This document shows positions 25,982-40,219 of a DNA stretch of 64,000 bases, piece by piece. The DNA comes from Eledone cirrhosa. Lineage: Eukaryota. The stretch's first letter is position 1, and every line of letters begins with the position of its first letter. The translations under genes and the position numbers were made by a program. The notes under the pieces are model-generated. The model saw only the letters and a list, made by a program, of their open reading frames with translations, searched no databases and was not told the DNA's origin. The stretch covers positions 137,578,001 to 137,642,000 of the forward strand of contig OZ024742.1 in NCBI GenBank assembly GCA_964016885.1, given 5' to 3'.

Positions 25982-26744
25982 AGTGTATGTGTGTGTATGT
26001 GTGTGTGTGTGTGTGTATGTGTGTGTGAGAGAGAGAGAGAGAGAGAGCAGAGGGAGAGCGAGAGAGAGAGATAACTTTGGCTTGGTGTAATCCGAAAGAG
26101 GATGTAGTGCTATTGTAATGATCTGTTAGTAGTTTGATGTAAGCAGTGTCCGCTCATGGGTTCTCCAGTACCGTGCATAGTTGGTGAACTTGATGAAGTG
26201 AAATGCCTTTGCAGTCAACAAAGGTGAAGCAGAGAAAGATGTTGTATTTCTTACCCTTATCTTGTAGTTGACTAACAACCTGGATGTTGTCTATTGATGA
26301 GAATCTTGACCTCCACCTTCGAGAGTGAGTGTGTGTGTAGGTTTCTCTCTCGACGGTTACAAGTAAGGTTGAGCAAGGTGATTAGAGAATGTTGGGTTTG
26401 GACGAGTAAGTTTACTTCGAACGTATGGGGATATTCAAATAAAATTTCAAACGCAAAATGCAAGAAAATCTTTAACAATAACCAACAGGTTGAGGTCTCA
26501 TTCTAATTCAGTATGGGATAGTGGTAAGTTCATTTTGTTGCCTGCTCTTTAATAGATTTTCTTTAGTCCAAATCGACTAACTAAAACCGCTACCTGAAAT
26601 GTGAGAAATGTTTATCAATATGGGTATATAGCGGGCATGCGTGTATTTGATTACTGATTATACTGAAATTATGTAGAATGCATTACTCCATGTAAATGTG
26701 GTTGTTCGTCTCTTCTCTTCTTATAAGACCTTCCGTTTTCCAGT

Positions 26745-26840
26745 CTAAGGCGTTAGCCCCCAGGTGTTTGCATAGCTACGTCTTCCTAAAACCGTATTTC
26801 TTTGGAGATACGAAATATTTATACATATTGAAAAAAAAGC

Positions 26841-26881
<41 letters not shown>

Positions 26882-27425
26882 TTATACTTTGGGAGGGTCA
26901 TGTTACCAATAAGAAACAGACGCACCACTTATATATATATAGGATTTTACTTCAATCATAGATTTATACAAATATGTATAGAAATTTCGTATTTCTAAAG
27001 AAAGACGGTTTTAGGAAGCCGTAGCTGTGCAAACAGCGGTGCTAACACCCTCTGGTGGTGTCCAACAGAAGCTAGATGGACAACCGTCTATGCATTTCAG
27101 GCTTGACTGGCCTTCGTCATTACGGTCCCTCCAACCACTTGCTGGACTTGAAAACAGTCGAGAATATATAGTTCTCTCGTCTGTGTAAACGGGGTGATTA
27201 ATCTCATTTGCATATCAAGCTGCATAAGTTGGTTCAACTTATAATAGAATAGAAATAGGATTTCGCTTCAAGCATAGCTTATACAAATAGGTATACAAAT
27301 TTCGTATTTCTAAAGAAACACAGTTTTAGGAAGCCGTAACTATGCAAACACCGGGGCTAATTCCCTCTGGTGGTGTCCAGCAGAAGCAAGGGGGACAACC
27401 GTCTATACATTTCAGGCTTGACACC
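26745..27425. repeat. Repeat with two direct copies (about 26965-27110 and 27285-27425) and one inverted copy (26745-26825)
   Basis: TTTCGTATTTCTAAAGAAA..GTTTTAGGAAGCCGTA..TGCAAACA..GCTAA present twice, plus its reverse complement. Confidence 0.8.
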
Positions 27426-28973
27426 CGTTCGTGCGGTTAAACCACTGGGAGTGAAGGATACCTAGCCTTTGTCAGGAAACTGGGATAACTCCGATATAAA
27501 AGATGCGGCTCAGTAGTTACCGATGATGATGATCTTTTCTTCTTTTCGGGTTATAGCTACTGTCACCCCAGAGAGTGGGATTGGCTCAGTACACAGTCTT
27601 TCCTCACTTAAAAAAATATCTTCGTGCACAGGCATTGCACCATAGAATTAATTAATAACTATTAATAATGGTATATCGTGCAATGGCCATACTCGATAAC
27701 GAGGGGGCAGCCATGATACATAGTATGAATATATACACATAACTAATTTTTAGGTTCCTAAAGATGTCGGCAAATTGTATCTTCTAGCATGATTATATGC
27801 CTAAAAATTAGATATGTGCATATATTTATACACATTGGTTTAGAATCTGTTACACACTGTATTTATACTGATGTAACTTTATTACATATATATGTGTGTG
27901 TATATGTGTGTACATATTGATGTATATATATATATGCACACACACACACGTACACAAACACATACATATATATATGTATATATATATTTATATATATGCG
28001 CGCGTGTGTGTGGTGTATATTTCCAATAAGGATGTGTCATGTAAAATGCCTAATGAAGAAATAGGGAACCTAAACGTTGTTGACGATATCGTTCAAAGGA
28101 ATCTCCCTATTATAATTATATATCCAGCCATAGTGCAGCCATCCCTTCTTTATTACATGTAATTGTTTTTTAGTGATGTTTGGCAGGAATTTGTCATGTA
28201 TTTAATTACTATTTCTCATAGTTTGAGCGACCGTGTAACGCCTTAAAGAAAGTGTTATTAATAAAACAAATTATCTCATTAGATGTCACCTGCATTTATT
28301 TATCACTAACTCTTCTGTTCATTCATATTGTATCAAACATGGCGGTGACATAAGCAAAACTTCACTAGTTTATACACACAGAGAAAAGCATTTAAAGTAA
28401 TGTGAACATATATGAGTGAATTAATCTTCTTCAGTACCTAGATTGTTGAAGAAATTAACAGAATTACTAAAGAAAATGACACTGCATATATACGTAGTAA
28501 CGCTACATTAGCGTGAAGAAGGTCGGTAAAATAAGAATTGCAATGTACAGCTAAACGCAAATTAAATTAACATCGAGATAATGACATAAAGACATAAAAG
28601 AAAAGAAAACTGGATCAACATAGTGAAAAGTAGCTTCAACAAATAACGGGCATAGATTTATAAAAATGTCGGCCATATCAGATCAATGTTCAACATAATA
28701 TTAAACTCATGTAAAGAAGAACGTACTTTAACTAATGAATTACACTAATAGATATTTGCACTGTAATTAACAGCAAGATAACAGTATTCACACTTCATCA
28801 TAGAAAATGAAAACAAGATAAATATTAGAAAACAAGAAAGATAAATACAAGAACATGTTTTAGATAGGAAATAACTTGAGAATATAGAGAAATGTATATG
28901 ATATCTACAAATGTATACGTAATATCATAAAATGATATAGGTATGTGATGTTGTGTAAACGTGTACTATAAAC

Positions 28974-29240
28974 GGAGAGGTACGTGGCCCAGTGGTAAAT
29001 GTATTGGATGTATGATCATAATGTCATGGGTTCAATTCCTGGACTGAGTTATTTGTTGTATTGTTGAGCAAAATATTTCATTTCACGTTTCAGTATACTC
29101 AGATGAAAATGAGTACCAGCAAGAGATGGGGGGTTTAAAACGGCGATGGACTGGCGTTCCCTCCAGGAGGATGTCGTGCACTCTCAATAGCTTATCTCCC
29201 CGGAGAACGGGATAAGCACAGCCTTAATAAGGCTCCAGGC
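28974..29240 (+). mobile_element. tRNA-derived SINE of a second family
   Basis: A-box TGGCCCAGTGG, B-box GGTTCAATTCC, central TTGAGCAAAA..CTCAG..AAAATGAGTACC, tail GCGATGGACTGGCGT.CC.TCCAGG. Confidence 0.8.
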
Positions 29241-29545
29241 TCCAGACTTTCGACTTTTTCTGGTATAAACGAGAGTACTGGATAAACGTTTTCATTTACA
29301 TTTGTTGTTTCTTAACCTGTTGGGTTCATATTTGCTCTTTTTATCCTTCTGTGGTCAAGAGCGATATATATATATTTGTCATAATCTAGATCCATTCAAT
29401 GAGCCATACTATTTCAAGCCATGTTATTATATAAACACATGCATATCATTATTGAAAATGATGATACACATTCTTCAAGATCAACAAATCATTCTGTATC
29501 AATATTAAAACAAATGAAAAGCGTTTTCATAAAGACATATGCATA

Positions 29546-29644
<99 letters not shown>

Positions 29645-29876
29645 GAAACACACAGATACATGCGGACACTCACATATATACATGAATGCATCCGCACCCA
29701 ACTGTGAGTTAAGGGTGCCAACTTCACCGATGTTGCTCAATGAATGACTGGGACAGACACAATTCAGTTTGAACCAGACTGAACCAGTATCAGAGTTAAA
29801 AATACATTATGAAGAGAGAAGAAACATTTAGATATAATTAGTAATAAAATGTATCATACCTAAACTGTTCCTAAAT

Positions 29877-29964
29877 TCCTCGACTACGTAGTTTCGTGGC
29901 ATAAACAAAAACAATATATCAAAGATATAGAGTCCTTGCGAGGTCTGCCGACTTATCAAGAGGA
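29877..29964 (-). ncRNA. Hammerhead variant with a long helix II insert
   Basis: Reverse complement of 30523-30610. Confidence 0.65.
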
Positions 29965-30522
29965 TACCTCATTTGACTAGTCTCAAGAACGCGTCTACAC
30001 GACGTGAGAAAGAATCCCAAAAGGCGGAGGGGGAGATAGTCACGCGATATAACGGTCGAGAAACAGAGCTAAGCCTCTTATAACCACGAAGAAAATACCA
30101 CGGAGGCGGAGGGGGTATTCATATCGAGGCCGTAGAAGAGGTAGTGAAGAAGGCGAGAAGTATGAGTAATGGAAGCTTTCCAGTTGTCCCCACACTTCAA
30201 AGATTGCTCGACCAGAGGGAGTTATTAATATATTTAGAAACACACAGATACATGCGGACACTCACATATATACATGAATGCATCCGCACCCAACTGTGAG
30301 TTAAGGGTGCCAACTTCACCGATGTTGCTCAATGAATGACTGGGACAGACACAATTCAGTTTGAACCAGACTGAACCAGTATCAGAGTTAAAAATACATT
30401 ATGAAGAGAGAGGCTTAGCTCTGTTTCTCGACCGTTATATCGCGTGACTATCTCCCCCTCCGCCTTTTGGGATTCTTTCTCACGTCGTGTAGACGCGTTC
30501 TTGAGACTAGTCAAATGAGGTA

Positions 30523-30610
30523 TCCTCTTGATAAGTCGGCAGACCTCGCAAGGACTCTATATCTTTGATATATTGTTTTTGTTTATGCCACGAAACTACG
30601 TAGTCGAGGA
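30523..30610 (+). ncRNA. Hammerhead variant with a long helix II insert
   Basis: TCCTC-TTGATAA-GTcGGCA..TGCCAC-GAAA-CTACGTAG-TC-GAGGA. Helix III is palindromic and the predicted cleavage site is GUC. Confidence 0.65.
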
Positions 30611-33600
30611 ATTTAGGAACAGTTTAGGTATGATACATTTTATTACTAATTATATCTAAATGTTTCTTCTCTCTTCATAATGTATATATATATATATATA
30701 TATATACAGATATATGCAGTCTAACGAATTCATTAATTCAATAAAATTAGAAATATATAATTACAGAACAAAAGTAAATCATACATATAATCAAGGCTAA
30801 ATTGTAACAATCCCTCCGTATAGTAAGACCGATGGAATTCATGACGAAGTTAACAGGCGCTAGGACGACTTTGAATATAGCATTAACATTCTTCAATCGC
30901 AATTTCATCAAGATTTATCATTCCTGTGGCCCGTCTATGAAATTGAAAATTGCCGCAAAGAATAAAACCGACGTAAATCCATGTTTCTCTTGTAGGACTA
31001 ATGAGAGCTGTCCTCTTCTACAGAAATATATCCAATTGATTGTGTATGAGGCAGAGATTACATACAACACAGAATCCTCTAAAGTTAGAGAAGGATATGT
31101 GGCTATGAAACGATGATCAATAGTATTGCTATTTTCTTATTTTTATTACTCTTCTCTTATTCTCTTCGGAATTAAGAAACTCCATGTACCACCAAAACCT
31201 TCTCCTTGGGACGCAGATTTTGAAAATCAAATCATTTTTCTTTCTAGGTCGCACCGTTTCGGAGCATTTCAGTGACATGCAAATATACATACAATTATAC
31301 ATACACACAATAATTAGTTAGACGCAATAATTTATTGACAAATATACATTTTATAGCATCTTAATGTATTGATCATTCTTGATGAGTTATGAATGTAACA
31401 TCAAATCATATACAGTATTTGAATATATTTTACTCACCAAACACATTTGAGCACGTTTGACGGAATGGTATCTTGGAGATTTCTGTGTTATGAAAATGAA
31501 TTGAAAATATTCATAGGTATTTTCAGGGTAAGAATTTAAATTTAGAATCGTTAACTAAAGAAACGCTTTTCGAGTTAAAAAGTATTCTACGATCTTCTCT
31601 CGTGAAGAGGCCTCTGTCAAATGCGTTGGTCACTGAACAAATGCAGTGGAGGTGATTGTATACAAAAAACCTGAATCTCATGATTGACTGCCTTTACTTT
31701 TATTTCTTCGGCTCGCTGCACTCCGACAATTAATATACGACGTCCAAACACGCCTAAATCCAATGTTATTATATAAGCGATTACTCCCTGGTGGTGTAAT
31801 AAACCGTTTGCATATTATAGAATACAAATGAAATTACGATTATTTTTCTTTGGTATAATTTTTGTTATTCTTTCATGTTTTCGTTTTGAAATTTCTAAAT
31901 CGAATTCTAAATCAGCCCTAGATAATAATTTATATTGTCCTTAGAATTTCCGAATGTTTTACTTCCAATTTTAATTTGTTGCTGTGATTACCCGCTGTTA
32001 CCTGCAATCAAGCACTAGTCAAAATAAGATTCCACAACTCTTTCTTTTTACGTTTTTTCACAGTAGACCACTTTTAATCCTTCACTTTCTTTTCTTTTCT
32101 TCCTACTGCCTCGTATTTCACTCTTTTTTTATTCAATGACAAATTCTTTTGAGACTAAAGTATATTCATGTAGCTTAAACTTTGGAAGATGCCTCATTAT
32201 TGAAACTTAAAAAACAAATGTTTACACGTAAGTCAGTCGTAGTTTTCCTTTTTAAGAGAGGGCTCTTTCAAAATAAAATGATTACCAGACTATTTGTCAA
32301 ATAATAATCATTACAGGTTTCCGAGCATGACCATGTGAGATTAATTGTACCCAAGTGAGAATTCAAATCACGGCCTTCGCGTTCATATTATCTTATTTCA
32401 ATTTATGATCTATTTGAATATAAACTGTGGCCTCTTGTTCACAATTGTTGTGTGCTAACTGGTCCATAATAACTGTATGGCCGATGTGTGGTTCTATGAT
32501 GTGAGGTAGAAGAACCTGAGGAAACAATCAAGCCTCTCGTTCGTCATTGATGTGATAATTGTCTATAGTGATTACTACATTATGTTCATACTTATTTCAG
32601 AATTCAATTGTCTGGATTAACTCAAACTCTGACACTTATATCGACTTTCTCTATTGTCTATTATTGATTGAAAACAAACTGCAGAAACGTAGCCAGTCAA
32701 TTCTGTGAAGTAAACGTTCTATCATCATCATCGTCACGTTTTCAACAACTGAGGTCCGTTTCAAATTGTAGTCAGAACTGGTCAATTAATAAACACATTA
32801 CAAACAATTTTGTCACATAATTGTTTTCTTCGAAATTTCCGTATTAATTTAAAACTTTGATTGAAAGTTCTCATACATGATTTTTAGTGTAACGTTTTTG
32901 TGCTATAAGAGATTTCCATATATAAATCTCAATGCACGCAAATATATTCTATATAAAAGAATAATATTTCACTATGATATAACAAAATAGTTTAATTGAA
33001 TAGGCTTGCGTTCAGTAAGCGGTTTGTTACTCGTTGCATCAAATGTTGAATAAAGTATAGAGATTCAGGAATAATTTAATATATGATAATTATGAAAACC
33101 ACCGATGTGTGTAAAGACATCATTTTATTATAATATTTTTTCATGGAAGCTACGAAATATTTGATGAAAATAAGTTGAAAATTCCTTCAAGTTTAATGAA
33201 GTTAGAATCGAATGTCTATATTTTCTTACTCTTTTGCATTGTCCTATATCTTTTCTCTTTCGCATCTATAATTCTATCTTCCGACGTATGTGTAATCTTC
33301 GAATCTCTAAGCCAACTTATCTACTACATTGAGCTGTAAATTAAATATATCATCCTTGTATTATGTTCTTCTTCCGTGCTTTTCATTGTTGTTCTTATAT
33401 ATAATGGTACTTATTTTTTTAGAAGAATCATATTTTAAGAGCTCTACCATTTTTCTAACTTGCTGATTATCATTTCTTTGAAGATAATGGATGATATACA
33501 TCAATCTGATTGTTGCGGTAAAGGCAGAAGACAATGTTTCAGACATTGCTTGCTTCCTGATCAGTCATACACCGGCAACTTTGATAGTTCTGACAGTTGT

Positions 33601-34359
33601 GTGCAATGAGGTAGATGTCATGCATCCTCACTTCACTGAAGACTTAAAGGTCTATGCTGCTGACTATACGGAGGAGGGGGGGGGGCGTGGTTTGAGAGCG
33701 GGAGAAGAGGAACATGAGCCACCTACCAATAAGACTCTCTGCTGTCTCATAAGACCACGTCGATCAACATATAGATGAGATACAATCGCCACGATAATGT
33801 CCCCCAAAATACAAGTCCTTCTAACTCTCCAAATATGAATCCATTGGACTACAATGCATGGGATGTAATCTGAAGAGAAGTCAATCAACTTCCTCGTGGA
33901 ACCATGAAATATTTGAAGTTTGCTATAACTTGCAAAATATCAAAGGTAGATAAAGTTCATCTTATTCGAGCATGACAAAGTTTCAGACATCGTACAATCT
34001 AATTAGGTTACAAAAACGCGAAGACAGAATAAGTGTTATTCTTACATTGACTCCGAGTTTTTACAAGCCATATATGGTTTCATTTGTTGCATCAAAACTC
34101 ATCAAAATTTATCGTTAATTACCATCGGCAAATGGTGAATCCAAGAGCTGCAATCATCAGTAGACAACACGATATATTAGAAAAATAATAGTTTACTAAA
34201 AGCCGAGAGACCAGCCATTGCTCAGACCTCTTGTAGAATAAAAATAATATTATAACGTTCGAGAGGATGAAAATGGTATGTGCTGAACGCTAGAAATAAC
34301 TTACACTCTAAAACACAAAACGCTTTTCGACTAAGAAGTATATATATATAAAAGTAGAT

Positions 34360-34409
<50 letters not shown>

Positions 34410-34413
<4 letters not shown>

Positions 34414-34480
34414 TCACCGTTTTACGTTCGTTCTTCCACGCTAGCATGGGTTAGACGGGTTGTCCTGTTGTGGGCCGTGT
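34410..34480 (-). mobile_element. Short retroposon 3' tail (RTE-like or SINE)
   Basis: TCATCACCGTTTTACGTTCGTTCTTCCACGCTAGCATGGGTTAGACG resembles RTE-related (ATG)n-tailed ends; from recall only. Confidence 0.4.
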
Positions 34481-34900
34481 CCGGTCGGCTGACGTTGTCT
34501 TGCTCGGACTGATATATATACATATATTGGCGGTGTGTGTGAATAATCTGTGTTGATTTATCCAAGCAATCAACTACATTGTAATCAAGCATAAGAACAT
34601 CATGTCATGAGTATCCGTAATGTATTACGTACATAGTATCAGACGGAGTATCAATATTAAGAAAGAAACGAGAGAGACTGTCTTACATATTCATCTTCGG
34701 TTTATTGTCTTACATCCCGATCGTTATGTTTATTTCAAAGTCATCAAATTGACCTTCTGTAATAGTCATTTCATGCCATGTCGTCCGAGAGGTGCAGAAA
34801 ATATAAACAATGTTGTGATTTGTTTATTATTTATTGTTTTTGATATGCCCGTTGTCTAAGTATTGTTCATTCGACTTACAGCAGACATGTATATATATAA

Positions 34901-34965
<65 letters not shown>

Positions 34966-35059
34966 TATACATATATATATATATATAAAGAAAAAGGGAT
35001 GAAATCGAAAATGCAACTGAAGTCTTATTTTTTTTTTAAATATATATATTTATTTGGTT

Positions 35060-35097
35060 CCTTTACCGGTTTCGCAGTTCTTCTGCTTTTCAAAAGG
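35060..35097 (-). ncRNA. Minimal hammerhead variant
   Basis: Reverse complement of 35170-35207. Confidence 0.6.
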
Positions 35098-35169
35098 TGA
35101 GTTGAGATGGAGGGTCTGTGGTTTTTCTCACATCTGTGAGAAAAACCACAGACCCTCCATCTCAACTCA

Positions 35170-35207
35170 CCTTTTGAAAAGCAGAAGAACTGCGAAACCG
35201 GTAAAGG
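35170..35207 (+). ncRNA. Minimal hammerhead variant (UUGAAAA core)
   Basis: CCTT-TTGAAAA-GCAG aagaa CTGC-GAAA-CCGG-TA-AAGG. The palindromic CCGG helix III is typical of Penelope-type minimal hammerheads. Confidence 0.6.
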
Positions 35208-35338
35208 AACCAAATAAATATATATATTTTTTTTAAAAATAAGACTTCAGTTGCATTTTCGATTTCATCCCTTTTTCTTTATACTTCCACTCGTGTAGGA
35301 CACCTCGGTTATTTTTCATTTTGTAAAAAAAACCTCAC

Positions 35339-35392
<54 letters not shown>

Positions 35393-35444
35393 ATATATTA
35401 TAAGTTTGAAAAACGGTCAGATGAAATTTAACCAATTTTACTTT

Positions 35445-35640
35445 TTAGTCCGTAGAAATTAACCAGATAAATAATCATTTAAACGGAGCAAAGTTTAAAA
35501 TGTAAATTTGAAGAAATAACATATAAATCTTATCGATATTCTTTTATGAGGAACAGTTAGATAACATTTACCTACTCTTTCCTCTTAGTCCGTAGAAATT
35601 AACTAGATAAATAATCATTTAAACAGAGCTAAGTTTGAAG
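35445..35640. repeat. ~55-bp direct repeat pair
   Basis: TTAGTCCGTAGAAATTAAC.AGATAAATAATCATTTAAAC.GAGC.AAGTTT at about 35446 and 35585. Confidence 0.8.
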
Positions 35641-35731
35641 AAAAAATAGACAAATGTTACCAAAAATTCCTCTAGTCCCGAATGTCGATGGTTTCACTCG
35701 TACTTTGTGGAAATGTCTAGTAGTTCCATTT

Positions 35732-35795
<64 letters not shown>

Positions 35796-36522
35796 TGTAT
35801 GTGTATGGGTGTGTGTGTGGGCGTGTGTGTGTGTGTGGGGGGTGTCTGTCTCTCTGTCTGTCTGTGCCTGTGTCTGTGTCAGTGTGTGCGAAAATCAAGT
35901 AGATAAACAAAACTGCAAAACACTACAGTACAATGGAAATATGTTAGTTTACCGTTTAATATATGAGTCTTAACATTTTGTCAAAAAATACAACGAAAAA
36001 TATTAGAAGAAAGATATATATAACAGTGAGAAGAGAAAGAAGCAGAAAAATGTTTTGGGAGAAAAAGCACGTTGTGTTAGTAATATTGGGAATATATTTA
36101 TATATCTATATAGATTCCCCAAATTATTGATATCATGAAAGAAATCTCTCTACTTCATCTTCATATATTCCAGTAAAGTGGCGAAGTACAATAGAAACAG
36201 TGACTGCAAACAGATGTAATAACGAAAAGTAAACTTCTTAAAACATACATGATCATCAAAGGAGTTACGTTATCAACAAATACAGAAATACACATTGGAC
36301 CTGAATATTATGATGACGCTAACACAATATTTCACACACATACATACACATACATATATACGTACACATACATATATATATATATGTGTGCATTCGTTCG
36401 TGTGTGTTTGTGCACTTGTAAGAGATGAATAGTTAGATAGAAATATATATACACATATATACTTAAATATATATACCTATGTGTGTGTGTGCGCTAGCGT
36501 GTGTGTGTGTGCTTTCGCGCAA

Positions 36523-36575
<53 letters not shown>

Positions 36576-37162
36576 ATTTATATCTTCAGACCTAGGATTA
36601 CGTACGAACGGAAATAAAACCCTTCTTTCGCTAGCAAAAGGATGTATATATAAAAGCAGCAAATATTGTTACACATTTTCTATAGCGTCAATGAGAGACA
36701 GATTGAAAGATAAGAACAAAACTAAATGATATATCTAAAATAATAAAAAATATATATATGATAATAATGATACTAATAATAAATAAATAAATAAAACATA
36801 GTATCGGCAAGAAAGAAAAACTGATAAGATGGAAGATGAGAGAAGTAATAAATAATTTTAAAATAAAGTATATACAAAATAGGAAACAGTTATTTTCCAT
36901 AATATAATCTCCAAAGCGTTATATGAAGAGGAAAATGGAAAATATAGGGTAACACAAACGGAACAGAAAAAAAATCACTTATAACAATAAATAGAAAGAA
37001 AATTTTAAAAAATTACATAGAAATGAAATATAAATCCATATATATCAGTAAATATGTGAATACACACTTGCACAGACAAAGCCAAACACACACGCAAACA
37101 CACACCATAGACACACACACACATACATACATGCATACATACAACCATACACATATATGTAA

Positions 37163-37227
<65 letters not shown>

Positions 37228-37244
37228 AATCTATACATACATAC

Positions 37245-37296
<52 letters not shown>

Positions 37297-37297
37297 T

Positions 37298-37350
<53 letters not shown>

Positions 37351-37383
37351 ATACACATATCTATAATATATATATATATATAT

Positions 37384-37484
<101 letters not shown>

Positions 37485-37798
37485 TAGATATATTACACAT
37501 ATGAGGTATTAGATTGCTGCTTAGTTTTTGATGACACCTGATCCCAGAGAACAATGCTTCATCGTGAAATCAATGCAACTATTGATGAATTATTTGTTGC
37601 TAAAAGAGATAAACATGAGGCCATGTATTTAGCACTTTGTAGTTGTAGGTTTTTTTAGTTTTTTTTCTTTTCTGATTGATCTTTGTTGTACAATTGTCTA
37701 TGTTTATAAGTTGAGTGTTATTTAAAATAAAAAAATACATACTCTATTAGTTGTGTAATTCAACAATAATGAAAACCACAATAACAGCAACAACGAAA

Positions 37799-37877
<79 letters not shown>

Positions 37878-37923
37878 TACCACTACTACTACTACTACTA
37901 CTACTAATACTACTACTACTACT

Positions 37924-37965
<42 letters not shown>
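37799..37965. repeat. Compound (TAC)n(TAA)n microsatellite; left boundary of the retroelement nest
   Basis: Direct reading. Confidence 0.95.
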
Positions 37966-40219
37966 CCAGGCAGGGTGGATTGAGACAGTACAGAGGGAGA
38001 TCGGTGAGCAGGCACACCAACAAACTGATTTGAGTATCACAGTTGAAACTCTTAAGGGGCAGGCCAAAAAACTAACCAACTGGAAATCACCAGGCCCAGA
38101 TGGTGTGCAGGGGTATTGGATTAACATTTTAACATCCCTCCACCCGAAGCTGACGGCCATGTTCAATGACTGCTTGGTGTCGGGTGAGGTGCCAGAGTGG
38201 TTGACAAAAGGTACCACAGTTCTGATAATGAAAGACCGAATCAAGGGTAATGATGTTACCAACTATAGACCTATCACATGTCTGTCCGTAATGTGGAAAC
38301 TGTTGACGAGCATTATGTCTGAGGAAATCTACCATCACCTCCACACAAACAACTTGTTACCGGACGAACAGAAAGGATGCCGAAAGAAGTCACGTGGTAC
38401 AAAGGACCAGTTGCTTATTGATAAGATGGTAATGGGGAATTGCAGGAGGAGACACACTGATCTTGCCATGGGATGGATAGACTACAGAAAGGCATTTGAC
38501 ATGGTGCCTCATTCTTGGATCACCAAAAGCCTGGAGATCTTCAGGGTGGCAGATAACATCAGACAGTTGCTGGGCAGGAGTATGGGGTCCTGGGAGACAG
38601 AGTTGACATCAACTGGAGTATCCTTGGGAAGCGTGAAGATCAAGAGAGGTATCTTCCAGGGAGATAGCCTGTCCCCTCTGTTGTTTGTCCTTGCCCTGAT
38701 GCCCTTGATCATTATGCTGCGAAAAGTGAGAGCAGGATACAAGTTGGGAAAGGGAGAGCTTACCATCAATCACCTCCTCTTCATGGACGATCTTAAGCTC
38801 TTCGGGAAAAGTGAGAAGGAGTTGGATGTGCTTGTTGACACTGTCCGTATTTTCAGCAGTGATATATGTATGCAGTTTGGTATTAGTAAATGTGGAGTCA
38901 TTGTGATGAAGAGGGGTAGGTTGAGCAGAAGTAACGGGATCCAGATACCAACAGGTGAGATGATAAAGGAAATTGACTCTGAGGAAGGATACAAGTATTC
39001 GGGCGTTCTGGAGGCTGATGGCATAAAGAACAAAAAAATGAAGGAATTGTTAAGAACTGAATACATTCGGAGAGTAAGGAGCGTATTGAAGTCACATCTG
39101 AACAGCAGAAATGCCATAAGCGCAGTAAATTCCCGAGCTGTGTCTATTATTAGGTACAGTGCGGGAATTCTGAGATGGAATGTTGCTGAATAAAAAGAAA
39201 TGGATAGGAAGACTAGAAAGCTATTGACTATCTACAACATGTTCCACAAGAGGAGTGATGTCGATAGACTCTACCTAAGGAGATCTGAGGGTGGAAGAGG
39301 TCTTATCAGCATAGAGGACTGTGTTCAGATGGAGAAAAACAACCTATACAAATACGTGACCTATAGTAAGGAGCCAATGCTCATAACTGTACTGAAGGAG
39401 GGGACAGTAGGCCAGGGGATGTCCAAGGAGGAAATAACATCAAGGAGGAAGAGCAGCCTTAAGGGAAAATCCCTTCATAGTACCTTCTTTGAGAAAACTG
39501 AATTTAGAGATCCACAGACATGGAACTGGTTGAGAAGAGGTGACCTCAAAAAGGCTACAGAAGGAATGCTAATGGCTGCGCAGGAGCAGGCCCTCAAAAC
39601 GAAGTGGTTGAAGCACCATATTTACAAGGAGGAGGCTAGCCCACTGTGCAGGATCTGTGGAGAGAGAGAGGAGACTGTGGCTCACATTGTATCTGAGTTT
39701 AAACACCTAGCCCAGACCCACTATAAGGGCTGGAGACATGATGTGATGGGGAGGGTGATCCACTGGCACCTGTGCAAAGTGAACAATTTACCACATTCTG
39801 AGAAGTGGTATGAGCATAGGCCAGAGGCGGTGACGGAGAACGATCAGGTGAAGGTGCTGTGGGATTTTAGGATACAGACGGACAAGAAACTGGAACACAA
39901 TAGACCTGACCTGGTGGTTGTGGACAAAGAAAAAAGATCGTGTCTGATTGTGGATGTGGCCTGCCCATTCGACACGAGAGTGCAAGAGAAGGAGAGGGAG
40001 AAAATTAACCGATACCAGGACCTAAAGTGGGAGGTGAAAAGGATTTGGAACTGCCATGAAGTCAAAGTGATCCCGATTGTCATAGGCGCACTGGGGACTA
40101 TCTCCAAAAGTTTCCAGGGATGGTTAAAGAAAATCGGCCCCGTCACGCTTTTTGGAACGCTTCAAAAGGCATGCTTGCTTGGAACAGCAAGAACCCTCCG
40201 ATACGTCCTGAATATCTGA
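37966..40219 (+). pseudogene. RT plus RLE polyprotein with one in-frame stop at 39191-39193
   Basis: KSPGPDG, YRPITCL, DYRKAFDMV, GIFQGDSLSP, LFMDDLK; CRIC..ETVAHIVSE, RHD, RPDLVVVD..IVDVACP..K..RY. Confidence 0.88.

Larger units (their letters stand above)
29641..30685. mobile_element. Complex direct plus inverted duplication (A-B-C-A-B') with a hammerhead variant, family P4
   Basis: A at 29641-29817 is repeated at about 30232-30410. B at about 29803-30078 is inverted at about 30409-30685. (TA)n flanks. Confidence 0.85.
34984..35344 (+). mobile_element. Near-perfect palindrome (~150-bp arms, centre 35133/35134) with a hammerhead variant in both arms, family P5
   Basis: Arms 34984-35132 and 35135-35283. 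The right arm extends to 35344. (TA)n flanks. Single-arm copy at 61521-61654. Confidence 0.85.

Noticed and set aside
33361-33900. Possible decayed helicase-like coding relic (KDLYFGG..GD)
   Set aside because: A single weak motif among many stops; cannot be assigned without a search.
37751-37965. Poly-Thr/Leu/Ile N-terminus (signal or TM-like) on the RT ORF
   Set aside because: Read-through of the (TAC)n(TAA)n target upstream of a 5'-truncated element.
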